Shown: piece after piece, positions 1 to 42,648 of the stretch
Layout of the letters: every line of letters begins with the position of its first letter
How positions within the stretch are numbered: the stretch's first letter is position 1
Source: Lama guanicoe
Lineage: Eukaryota
DNA: 64,000 nt
NCBI GenBank assembly: GCA_013239625.1
Contig: MU054187.1
Coordinates: forward strand, 24,802,433-24,866,432
Direction: 5' to 3'
Translations under genes and position numbers: made by a program
Notes under the pieces: generated by a model
Told to the model about the DNA's origin: nothing
The model's input: the letters and a program-made list of their open reading frames with translations, nothing else
Databases searched by the model: none

Positions 1-1638
1 CGCACCTACCCTTGAATATGTAAAAGAATGGTACAATTGCAGCTGTGACAAGAGCTATAAAAGGGAAATTCAGGGCTCTATGAAAATGTAGAGTAAGTTG
101 GGTTCACCTGAAGCTAGTAAACGTCAGTACCCCTCGCTTGCACGATTCTTCCAAGGACCCAGGGCCATTTATTTTTCAGTAGAATTTGCAAAAGTAAGCT
201 ATCTTAACATCCATGGTTAAAATAAATATTTTCATTCCACTTTTGTTTGTCAAACCTCTTCTCATGTTGGATGACGTTGGAATGACCACCAAGCAGTTTT
301 GGAATTTGCTAAGAGGAAGTTGAATTAGGGGTAGGTTTGACTTGGACTAAATGAGAAAAATTTGTGGTTTGTTGTCTCTTCAGTATAGAGGTAAGTAAAT
401 TTTAGTTGTCCTGCCAGAAATATACTTTATCTGTACTTTGTAACATCCATGCGCAGGGCCAAAGGGGGTATTGAGATCTGGATATGTCCCATGACGTCCA
501 ATCCTGGAAGTATATGCAGATTGAAGGAAAAGTAAAGTTTGAAATGTTTGAAGTGTATGGAGCAAGAAGCTAATATGAATTGTGTAAAATTGTAAGCAGA
601 GTATATCATTTCATGGATACATAGTTATATGGGAAGTTTTCCTTTGTCAGGAATATTCAACAATACAGTATTTACTATTATGAGACATGCCTTGGAGGTG
701 TGTGTGATGGAAATCACGCTCAGTAGACTTTATCAGAATTTCTGTCTGCGCAGGATAGAAATTTGTAGCAATCCTATAAACAGCAAGTCTGTGTGTGTGT
801 GAGGTCACATGAGTTTAGCACCCAAACTCTCTACTGTCTCTATATAAAACGTGATTATAAAATCTTTGATATATGAGGAGATGATCAAAGAGAATGCAGC
901 CAAAAAATGTACGGGGAAAGTTTAAATAGAGGTGTGGTAAGCTTTCAAGTAATTAAACATATTACTTAACTTTTCTAGACTCTGTTAAACGTGTAGTGCT
1001 ATGGATTTTTTGACATTTGTAATTTGTTATGATTTCTTCTTACACTCTAAGTTAATATTCATTTTCGTACTTAATTTGGTATTCTTTTTCTTAAAGAGGG
1101 CTCCCCAAAGTGCATAAGCTTCAGATATCACCAAACTTGGATGCACCTCCAGCAGGGAGACCTAAACCAGGCCAAAAGTCAAGGTAAATTTCTGAGAAAA
1201 TGCCATTGAAACTGACTCCTGATAGGGGTCAGAGGCAGCCACACTAAGGAGGTGAAGAGTGTATGAGCGTGTATGTGGGATGGGGCTGGGAGGGGAAGGC
1301 GGTGAGGCGCTGGGTGCAGGTGCTCAGACTGAACCATGAGGAGGGATGGCAGAAGTCATGGTAAGTTTTTAGGCTCTCTGATTTCAAGAAAAATTAAAAA
1401 AATTGAATATGACCACTTCTTTTTTTTTGTCACATTCAAGACAGGAATTGGGTGTATGAATTTTCAACCTTATATTCAAGCGTGAAAGTAATATCACCTA
1501 CTTTTATTTAAGTTGCATTCTTAGCCCCTGTCCATTGGTCTGTTATTGTGTGGGGCATTCAACCTTAGTCATCTTTACAACCCTGTCTCTCTCCTTCACT
1601 CTCAGGATCACAAGAAGGTGGAAATTCTCTGAGGCACG

Positions 1639-1862
1639 TGTTTTAGTCCATCCATTCTGCTAAAGCAAAATACCATAGATTGAGAGGCTTACAAACTGCA
1701 GTAATTTATTGCTCATAGTTCTGGAGCTGGAAGTCCAAGATCAGGGTGCCCACAGAGAGGCTCCTTCTGGTTTGCAGACTTTTCATTATAATACCATCAC
1801 TTTGGGGATCCTGATTTCAACATATAAATTTTGGGGGGAACACAAATATTCAGTGCATAGCA
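1639..1862 (-). mobile_element. MaLR (MLT1-like) solo LTR, internally deleted
   Basis: TG...CA ends; typical MLT1 motifs (tttattgctcatagttctggagctggaagtccaagatcagggtgcc; ttttggggggaacacaaatattcag); 5-bp TSD gcacg/gcatg. Confidence 0.75.
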
Positions 1863-2067
1863 GCATGTATTCTCCATCTTCTCCCAGATTTGCCCTGTGG
1901 TATTGGCTCTAGTTGCCCACACTATTAGCTAGCTGAATAATTACCCTGTATTGTCTGCCTCCCTTCCTTCTTGGTGCTCCCCAAAGTTCCCAAATGAGCC
2001 CCTTGCACTGGATCCTTGTCACAGAATCTGCTTTAGAGGAACCCAAACTGAGACAATGAGTTAATAC

Positions 2068-3246
2068 TGTAAGGTTACTGTCAATGCCCTTGAGCCAAAG
2101 ACCACCAGGGACACACATATGATTGAACCTGTTGGGTTTGTTATTTTTTGCATCAAGGTGGGACACACTCCATGGGAAATCATGGGGTGTCTCTGCAAAA
2201 GTGTGTCAGAAAGGGCCTATTACAGGTTTTGGACATTGGATGATTTGGACGATGATCTAAGGAAGTGGGGGTTTCACTTTAGATTGGATGCTGTCAGAAA
2301 GCATGGGCAATTCTATGAAGAAGCATGTCAGTTAGTCTTATCTATAGTGAGGGCAGACTAAAATGAGGTTAAAGTTGTAACTGGTAAAGAAATAGCCACT
2401 CATCTCGGCCAAGAGCTGAAATGCTAGGTATTTTGTAGGTGACAACTTTGAGCTTGTTTTTGTCTGTGCTTATGAGACAGGAAGGAAGGGGGTAGGGCAT
2501 AACCATTGAAAGAATGACACAGCAGTTGAGGATAGGTTAACTAGTTAGAACCAATCAAGCCCAAGATGGCAGAGGATTTGACGTTCAGTGGACCTTAAGC
2601 TTCAGTATACCCTCATTGTAATGTACTAGCACGCCACATGACACACCCTCAGGTGCCATGACAGTTCTGAGGCTGACCATAAAAGGCCAAAAAGTGGGCA
2701 GGGGCTCAATTCCTGGAAATTCCTGCCACTTCTCCCAAATAGTTGGAATAGTCCTCCCACTTGTTAGCATGTGAAATTACTGAGCCCAGAAAAACTAACA
2801 ACCCCCACACTCCAGGACCTCTCACCTTCTGAGATGGCCCATATTTGGTCTGTGGAATCTATATCTCCTAGGCCATTCTTGCCCCATCTCTTGCCTTCTG
2901 AGATGGCCACACTACCTGTGCAGTGTGTATCTCTCTAAATAAATTCACTTTCATTTTATTGTGGCTCGCTTTAGAATTCTTTCCTGTATGAAGTCAAGGA
3001 GCCTCACTTGTCAGGGTGTGTCCCAGGGATTTGCCCAAGACCTAGGACATGACTATCTTCTCAGGCCTCATTTTCCTGTAACACTTAGAATTGTGAAGTC
3101 AGTTTGCTCTGTTTCACCCTCTGGCCTCAAAGAAACCTTGTCTGAGGTTGGTATGCTGTGAGACAGTGTATGGCTAATTAGAACGGTCTACCTGTGAGTG
3201 CCAGGCCAGGGTCTGAAAGTCCAGGGCTGATTTTAAAAAATTCTCA
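2068..3246 (-). mobile_element. Old ERV LTR interrupted by a younger solo LTR
   Basis: TG...CA-bounded LTR-like sequence continuing on both sides of 2473..3083; family not assigned. Confidence 0.5.
2473..3083 (+). mobile_element. ERV1-class solo LTR (611 bp)
   Basis: TGAGACAGGAA...TTCCTGTAACA inverted ends; AATAAA at ~2938; perfect 4-bp TSD CTTA. Confidence 0.85.
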
Positions 3247-3297
3247 GCACTTAGAAAATGCAAGGTCTTTAGTAAACTGCCAATGTTAAGTATCATC

Positions 3298-3743
3298 TGT
3301 CAATAAAATTCATATTTTATGGCAAGACAAAAATTTAAACACAAACATTTCTCCTCTGCCCTTTGGCCTCTCTCCACACTGTGCACTGTGTATCTGTATA
3401 ATATAGGGACCAAACCTCCTCCATTGGCAGGAACATCTGCTCAACCATAAAGGTCAACATTCTCCTAGCATCAACATGACAACTCCTTAAAACATTCCTT
3501 CTTGATCTTGTAAAAGGTCACTGTGACCCACCATGATGATGCTTAGATCTGGATTATGTAAATAACACGTCATTTGATGTATGACCCTCTGTTTCAAGAA
3601 ACATAAGACTGTGCCTTCATTTCTAATTGGGTGACAGTTCTCAGAGCTTTCTGAGATGCTCTTCCCAGGTATAATCCTTAAATTTGTATTGAATAAAAAT
3701 TTCCATTTCTTTATTAGATTGCCTGATTAATTTTTCATCGACA
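3298..3743 (+). mobile_element. ERV1-class solo LTR (446 bp)
   Basis: TGTCAATAAAA...TTTTCATCGACA inverted ends; AATAAA at ~3692; perfect 4-bp TSD CATC. Confidence 0.85.
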
Positions 3744-4346
3744 CATCAGTCTAAACTTGGAGCTTCACATGTGTCCTCTTTTAATCCTTGCAATAATCCC
3801 AAATTAGGTATGACTATTCACATTTTAGAGGTGAGAAAGAAATGTGATCTATGCTCATGCAGCCTGTCAACAGGTATATGACACTAAGATGGAGAATGAT
3901 AAACCAAAGTTCTGCCTTACTTTTGAAGTGTATTATTACTAATCCCGCAGAGAGAAAAAGCATAAGTAGAAGGGTCAGTAACCTGCTGCCTCTTGGGGAT
4001 AAAGGGTGGTGTGTCCTTGGAAAAGTCAAAGCTGCCCCAAAGCTGCAGCTTTTATTGGATTTCCACCATTTCCCCTTAAGAAAAAGGAGGCTGTGTCATA
4101 AATCTTTTATTATTCCGATGATGTATGATTCAGCGTGGACTTAAATATGCATCTAAGGAATAAACATAAATTACTGAAAAGGCACTAGGACTCGAGCAAT
4201 GTATATGCACCGCGTGTTTCTGCACTCTGCAAACTTTCCTGGCGCAGTAGTTCCCGCATCCGCACCAGGACACCGGCACCGCCATTACCTGCCCTGCGGT
4301 AAACGATCCGGACGGTCTCGGCCGCCAGGGCTCGCCCAGGCCATTC

Positions 4347-4386
4347 NNNNNNNNNNNNNNNNNNNNNNNNNNNNNNNNNNNNNNNN
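4347..4386. other. Assembly gap (40 N)
   Basis: N run. Confidence 1.
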
Positions 4387-4435
4387 CCACTCCGCGGAGC
4401 CGTGCCGTTTCCGGGCGGGGTTTGTGAGGCTCAAC

Positions 4436-35447
<31,012 letters not shown>

Positions 35448-36536
35448 GACTACCTTGGCCTTCATCTTGGTTATAATGGAAATTGGACAGACTACCTATA
35501 ATCTTTTGAATATTTTCAAGTCTAATAGAGCCTAGTAGATTGTTAATTAGCAAACATCAAGTGTGTATTATGTGCCACGCCAATGGTAGGTAGATCTTGT
35601 GATAAATAAGATAAATAAGGTGGGATAACAACCCTTCAAAGAATTTTTTAAAAATTAAAAAAAAAGGAGGGGAAGGGAATGAAGATTTTGATAGCGGTAA
35701 AAAGTGCTTAGAAGTGCGAAGAAATGAACAGGTATTTGTAACCTGGAAAAATCAGGAAAAATTAATGGTGGAGGTAGCATTTCAATTACATATTAAAACC
35801 ATGTCATTGGTGGTGATGGCTAAAAGGAAATAGAGGATTTACAGAAATCTAATGGACTTTGTCTTTTCAGTGTATTTCAGTGTGTTTCCTTTTCAGTGGA
35901 CTGATGAATTGTCTTCTTTAGAGAGCTCAATATTAATTCAAATAAGTTTTTGCCAAAACCTATTTTGTAGCCAGATGCTTTATTTGGTACTGAGAATAAA
36001 ACATGAATAATCTACAGCCTTTGCTTTCTTGAAACTCATTATCTAGCAGGATGGACAGACCTGTAAATAATTATTTACAATGTGTTGCGATAAATATTAT
36101 TCCAGCAATGTCAAAGTGTGGAGAAAGAAGTAATTCATTCTGTCTCCAGAGTTTAGAGAAAGTGACACCTAGGAGATAGCATTCCGTTTCAGCTTTTAAA
36201 GGAGAATATATTCTCTGTGTAGAGAAGATGAACAAAGCTTACAAAATATTTCTATGTATGATTTTACTTCATTCCATGTTTGGTTTGACTAATATGTCAT
36301 CCTAAGAATCAAATAAGAAAGCCATAATCTGAAGTTATATAGCTGTAATTTTGAGTTTATATTATAAATATTACTCCTAAAAATGATTTTTATATGTAAT
36401 CCAAAAGAAAAATGTAAGAATGTTGAATAGGCATTTCAGAAATAAAACGGTATTTAAATGTCCAAAATAAAAATAAAATAATCAACTTTATTGGTGATCA
36501 GGAGAAACGCAAATTTAAAAAAATGAAATACTACCA

Positions 36537-36745
36537 NNNNNNNNNNNNNNNNNNNNNNNNNNNNNNNNNNNNNNNNNNNNNNNNNNNNNNNNNNNNNNNN
36601 NNNNNNNNNNNNNNNNNNNNNNNNNNNNNNNNNNNNNNNNNNNNNNNNNNNNNNNNNNNNNNNNNNNNNNNNNNNNNNNNNNNNNNNNNNNNNNNNNNNN
36701 NNNNNNNNNNNNNNNNNNNNNNNNNNNNNNNNNNNNNNNNNNNNN
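36537..36745. other. Assembly gap (209 N)
   Basis: N run. Confidence 1.
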
Positions 36746-37369
36746 ACATATGATTTAAAGCATTTAATTAGCTACATTTAATATATTATTTATAATTAAA
36801 AATACATATAATTAAAAATACAATTTATATAATATTATAATTAAAATATTAGTATACATTATTTAGCTTATGGAATTTATTCATTAATAAATTAATTTTA
36901 TTAAATGCAAATTACTATAGTAGATATGCCTCTAAGATGATCTTTAAGATTGGGTAGAATTTACAGGGAAATATATACAAGATCTTGTGGTAGCTCACAG
37001 TGAGAAAAAAATTATGCTGTAATGAATTTATATATGTTTATGTATAACTGAAAAATTGTGCTCTAGTTGGAATTTGACACAACATTGTAAAATGACTATA
37101 ACTCAATAAAAAATTTTTTTTAAATTAATTAAAAAATAAAACAATAAAAAAAGTTTGGGTAGAATTTGAAATTGTGGAAATGATGGAGAGAGGATTTTAA
37201 AAAGAGTAAATCAATTTAGGCTTAATCATCAGTTTTATCTTTAAAACCTGGGCTTTGATTGAAAGTACCAAGGAGAGAGAGTTCATCCAATTAGGAGGCA
37301 GAAATGGCTAATGGCTCAGAAACTTTTTTAAAAGAAGTTAGTTTCACAGTTTTTATTACTGTTTTGCAG

Positions 37370-37432
37370 GTCATTAGATTTGATGGAGGAGAGGAAGCAC
37401 TTATTTCAGGGGAATTCAACAGTCTGAGGAAG
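37370..37432 (+). other. DECR1: Second, identical copy of DECR1 exon 9 (inside the duplicated block)
   Basis: Same sequence and splice sites as 35229..35291, offset 2141. Confidence 0.9.
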
Positions 37433-37528
37433 GTGATGCCATTTTTTGATTCTAATATTGCCAGCTAGGAGACCAAGCTTAAAAACACACAAGGATCACA
37501 TTAAATTGAGATTTTCTTTTTGTGTTAG

Positions 37529-37588
37529 GTCACCAAGGAGCAGTGGGACACAATAGAAGGACTCATTAGGAAGACAAAAGGCTCCTGA
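37529..37588 (+). other. DECR1: Second, identical copy of DECR1 exon 10 coding part (inside the duplicated block)
   Basis: Same sequence as 35388..35447, offset 2141. Confidence 0.9.
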
Positions 37589-38052
37589 GACTACCTTGGC
37601 CTTCATCTTGGTTATAATGGAAATTGGACAGACTACCTATAATCTTTTGAATATTTTCAAGTCTAATAGAGCCTAGTAGATTGTTAATTAGCAAACATCA
37701 AGTGTGTATTATGTGCCACGCCAATGGTAGGTAGATCTTGTGATAAATAAGATAAATAAGGTGGGATAACAACCCTTCAAAGAATTTTTTAAAAATTAAA
37801 AAAAAAGGAGGGGAAGGGAATGAAGACTTTGATAGAGGTAAAAAGTGCTTAGAAATGCGAAGAAATGAAGAGGTATTTGTAACCTGGAAAAATCAGGAAA
37901 AATTAATGGTGGAGGTAGCATTTCAATTACATATTAAAACCATGTCTTTGGTGGTGATGGCTAAAAGGAAATAGAGGATTTACAGAAATCTGATGGACTT
38001 TGTCTTTTCAGTGTATTTCAGTGTGTTTCCTTTTCAGTGGACTGATGAATTG

Positions 38053-38584
38053 TCTTCTTTAGAGAGCTCAATATTAATTCAAATAAGTTTTTGCCAAAAC
38101 CTATTTTGTAGCCAGATGCTTTATTTGGTACTGAGAATAAAACATGAATAATCTACAGCCTTTGCTTTCTTGAAACTCATTATCTAGCAGGATGGACAGA
38201 CCTGTAAATAATTATTTACAATGTGTTGCGATAAATATTATTCCAGCAATGTCAAAGTGTGGAGAAAGAAGTAATTCATTCTGTCTCCAGAGTTTAGAGA
38301 AAGTGACACCTAGGAGAAATCTTCTTTAGAGAGCTCAATATTAATTCAAACAAGTTTTTGCCAAAACCTATTTTGTAGCCGGATGCTTTATTTGGTACTG
38401 AGAATAAAACATGAATAATCTACAGCCTTTGCTTTCTTGAAACTCATTATCTAGCAGGATGGACAGACCTGTAAATAATTATTTACAATGCATTGCAATA
38501 AATATTATTCCAGCAATGTCAAAGTGTGGAGAAGGAAGTAATTCATTCTGTCTCCAGAGTTTAGAGAAAGTGACACCTAGGAGA
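38053..38584. repeat. Tandem duplication, two 265-bp units (38053..38317, 38320..38584) with an AA spacer
   Basis: Both units run tcttctttagagagc...gacacctaggaga; about 6 substitutions between them. Confidence 0.95.
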
Positions 38585-38889
38585 TAGCATTCCGTTTCAG
38601 CTTTTAAAGGAGAATATATTCTCTGTGTAGAGAAGATGAACAAAGCTTACAAAATATTTCTATGTATGATTTTATTTCATTCCATGTTTGGTTTGACTAA
38701 TATGTCATCCTAAGAATCAAATAAGAAAGCCACAATCTGAAGTTATGTAGCTGTAATTTTGAGTTTATATTATAAATATTACTCCTAAAAATGATTTTTA
38801 TATGTAATCCAAAAGAAAAATGTAAGAAAGTTGAATAGGCATTTCAGAAATAAAACGGTATTTAAATGTCCAAAATAAAAATAAAATAA

Positions 38890-39540
38890 TCAACTTTATT
38901 GGTGATCAGGAGAAACGCAAATTTAAAAAAATGAAATACTACCATGTGCTCACCAGAAAGGCTAAAACTAAGAAATTTTGAATGCTAAGTATTGGTGAGG
39001 GTGTGACACAGTGGAACTTTTACACATTGCTTGGTGGGAGGTTAAATTGTCAAGACTTTGAAAAGCTGTTTGGCAGTGTCTGCTAAATTTGAACATACGT
39101 ACACTTCACAACCCAGCAATTTCACTTTTAGGTTTAATCAAACTAACAGAAAAGGGTATGTATATATACTTTCTTCACCAAAAGAACAAAAGAAAATGCT
39201 CACAGCAGCGTTGTATTTGGCATAGCCCAAACTAGAGGTAACCCAGTGTCCACCAATAACAAGGCAAATAAATTGTGGTAAAAGAGACTGAAGGATACAG
39301 TTGTGTAATTCTACTTACATAAACTTCAAAAGCAGCTTAGCTGTGGTGTTGGAAGTCAAGATAGTGGTTAATTTTAGGGAGAGAAAGGGAGTCATAATGA
39401 AGCAAGGCTTCTGGATTCCTGGTGATGTTCTGTTTCTTATCTGGGTAGTGGTAACAAATGTGTATTCATTTTGTGATAATTCATAGTTTTTTGAGTACTT
39501 TTAGAAGTCATGGGTCAATTAAAATTTTAAAAAAATTAAT
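38890..39540 (+). mobile_element. Old L1M 3' fragment
   Basis: Degraded ORF2-end/3' UTR motifs (aatgaaatactacca...gtattggtgagggtgtg...acccagcaatttcact); boundaries approximate. Confidence 0.6.
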
Positions 39541-39734
39541 GGTGTGCAAATAGGCTTGTAGGGAAGCCTCTCTGAAGAAGCTAGCAGCAAGAAGATCCGG
39601 GAGAGAACATTCTGAGGTCAAAGCAGCAGCTAGTGTGAAGGTCCAGGACTGAGCAACCCTAATAAGGAGCAGAAAGCTGCGGCGGGACCGGGGCTGAGGG
39701 GTGTGTACCTTTGTCGGTTGTATGTGTTACAAAT

Positions 39735-40152
39735 TGTTGGAGGAGGTCATCATGAGGATGTGACTGCAGGTTGACCCAAGAGCCGGCTCCGGGTCATCTG
39801 AGGCTCCTCACCGCCTCCCCAGTCCTGGAATGGACATTGGACCCCCCGTTCCCACAGCCAGAGCCGTTCCAGAGAAGCAGCCTTGAGTGAGGAAGGTGCT
39901 GTTGAGACCGCATGAACTGAATGCATGACCGAACCAGTTTAAAGGCTCTAGCGAGACTCTAAGATTCTGGTGGACAGTGCAGAGACTTACTTTTATACCT
40001 AAGCCAAACCTTGGGTGTAAGTTTTCTTGCTCATTAAACCTGCCGCCTCTCAGTCTGGAGTGGTCTGACTTTCTCAGGTCTTTCCTTGCCCTCTGGGTAC
40101 CAGGACCAGTTTCAGATTTCACCTGGGTACCTCTCGAGGTTGTGAGCCAACA
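39735..40152 (+). mobile_element. Solo LTR between the two genes
   Basis: TGTTGG...CCAACA perfect terminal inverted repeat; flanks caaat/taaat; ATTAAA at ~40034. Confidence 0.7.
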
Positions 40153-41030
40153 TAAATGTCTTCTTACATTCTCATGTTTGGTTTCTCAAACTACAAATAG
40201 ATTTACTCTTAATAGTATATTTTCGGGAACAGAGTTCTTAATTTCAATAGATTCCAGTTTTTCAATCTGGTTTTTCATAATTGGTTAAGGAATTTTTTAC
40301 ATGCACGAGGCACTGGAGATAATCTCTTGTTGTCATGTGGATAGAAGGTGGGTGTTGTATAAGCTATCTTAATTTGGCCTTTCAGATGCATTTTCCATTC
40401 TTCATTCTGTCCTCTGCTCCAGGAAGCTGGCCCATCACATGTAATTGTGACTGATTTAGCTGCATTGTAAGAATTTCTTTTCCTGGTAATGCTCAGGAAT
40501 TAAAGTCCATCATGGTAGGTCGGGTGCTGGACTTACGGCCATTATTACTATCAGTACTCTAGGAAGCCCCCTCAGATATCCTTCTATTAGACTTTTTGTT
40601 GTGGTTTTTCTTTCTTTCTCCATGCTACTGTTGTAAGAGTGCCAAACCTGATCTGGTTATGGCGAATACTGTGTAATGAGCAGCTGATTCCCTACAAGTG
40701 AAATGTTGGAAACTTCTGCATATTCCTCCTACTCGTCTGGAGAAGGTCTTTCATAAAGAAATACTTGATTATGTCCATTGGGCAAAAACAATCCAGATCT
40801 TCAGGTATTTTGAGATTTGTTTGTTTGTGCATCTTACTGCCAGAGGCACCTGTTAATTCAGTGAGGTATGCAGGAATTCAGAGTCAGGCAGGTTTACGCT
40901 TACTTAGGTTTCTTAGGCTTTAATAATTTGAGCAGCCGGCATTTTCACCTGGGTTGATCATGGGTGACATGTCCGCTGACTTTTTGAAGAAGAAAACAAA
41001 AATGCGAGAGATTAGAGTTATTTTCCTCTA

Positions 41031-41760
41031 TTTATTCTTAGTAGTTAAATTCGGCCTAAGATTCAGCACTTCCGTTTACACACTAGAAGCAAAGCCAGTC
41101 TGCCCACATCACATCATTTGATAAATTTTATTTTCTGGCAATCTCTTTTCTGTTTATTCTTGGAGGAAAGAGAGAACCTCACTTTTTGTTATTTCTATGA
41201 ATTGAGAAAATCAGTGATTACTTTATAGCATGGAGACATTCAAACTAACCCAGAACCATTAATTCTTTGGTGGTAACTATAAATTTCAAACAGGCACGTC
41301 TCTCATAGCTTGCTGCTTCACATTCAAAAATCAGAACTCACCAGTCATTACATGTCAGCTGTAACCAGTAGAGAATATTTTAGCTACAAATACATGAAAC
41401 TGACTTGGATTGTGGCTCAAAAGAATGTTCTAGAATCACCTTTCCTTAATAAGATATATGATTGCGTTAGCATTTCCCTTAGCTGTTCTTTTAAACTCAT
41501 TTGAAACTATCTGCAGATAGAACAATTTTGAATGCTGATGTCAATATGAAACAGAATCCAGAGAATACACAAAGTTATCAATGAGATAACATTCAACAAG
41601 CAGGGTGCTATGAATTTGACATTAAAATTCATTTATGTAGTAAAAAGTAAAGTTGTGGCTTGAAAAAAGTATTTTCAGAGGCAGCAGTCACCGGCTACAT
41701 AGAAAGAAAATCCAGGAAGTATGCAAATTACACACCAGGATACTTGATATATAATTTAAT
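41031..41760 (-). terminator. Candidate CALB1 polyadenylation signals: proximal ATTAAA (41760..41755); distal AATAAA (41158..41153, 41132..41127, 41036..41031)
   Basis: Hexamers lie on the CALB1 sense strand downstream of the stop. The most distal is followed by a U/GU-rich tract (TTTTTGTTTTCTT). Usage is not demonstrable from sequence. Confidence 0.55.
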
Positions 41761-42534
41761 CAGAGGATACATAGAATACAGAAGTTTACTAGAGTAATTA
41801 TAATCTACAACACATGAAAACAGTTTAGAAAATGGATTAAGGTCACATTCTTTGACAGTAGCTTCGTTGAAAATACAAATGTAGAATGAGACATTCATGC
41901 GATGTCCAGCGCTGCCCTGCCTTGTCATCATATCAGCTCAAACCGATCAATTGTATGGATTCAGGCAGCAGATGTGTTGTTGATTAATAAACTAAATCTT
42001 GCCTAGTGAGATTGTTAACCTCATAGAAGCACACTCAACTAACTACTGATTGATATTTTGGTACTTAAGATGCAAAAGCACATTTCTTCTAATTGGAAAT
42101 ATAGCTTAGAACTATATTGTGGGGCAGACTTACGATTGTCTGAAAAAAGAATGCTTGGCTTGATCATTCTTCTATTCAGTGACAAATGTGCACTCACACA
42201 TCAGAGACTAGGATTTTAGAAATTAATCCTGGTGGAATTTTTAGGGAAATCGTGTCCAACTATATTTATGGAAGCAAGAATATGTTAGGTTTTTTTTAAT
42301 TGGGTGTATTGACTGGCCTAAGCACAGACATTCTGCTTTTCAATCAAATGTTTACAAAATCTGTACATTACAAAGAGTATAGAAACAAGCTGAAAAGAAT
42401 GTGCCACACATCCTGGATAAGTATCTATATGCAGTTAAATTTACAGATACAAAAGAAAATACAGCCTACTTCCCTTATAGTGCAGTTATTTTTAGATACA
42501 ATGTATCGCTAGTAAATGGTCGTAGCCATCAACT

Positions 42535-42648
42535 CTAGTTGTCCCCCGCAGAGAGAATGAGAGCAAGATCCGTTCGATACAGCTTCCCTCCGTCCGACAA
42601 AGCCATTATGCTTTTCTTGTATGTTGGAATATTATTAATATCCAGATC
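42535..42648 (-). CDS. CALB1: CALB1 exon 11 coding part ([37 protein letters not shown])
   Basis: CAG acceptor; TAG stop at 42537..42535. Confidence 0.97.

Noticed and set aside
36523..36753. ORFs composed of X
   Set aside because: Translation of the N-gap.
36746..38944. A DECR1 paralogue or pseudogene
   Set aside because: Only exons 9-10 are present, identical in coding sequence and abutting a gap; treated as a probable haplotype duplicate.
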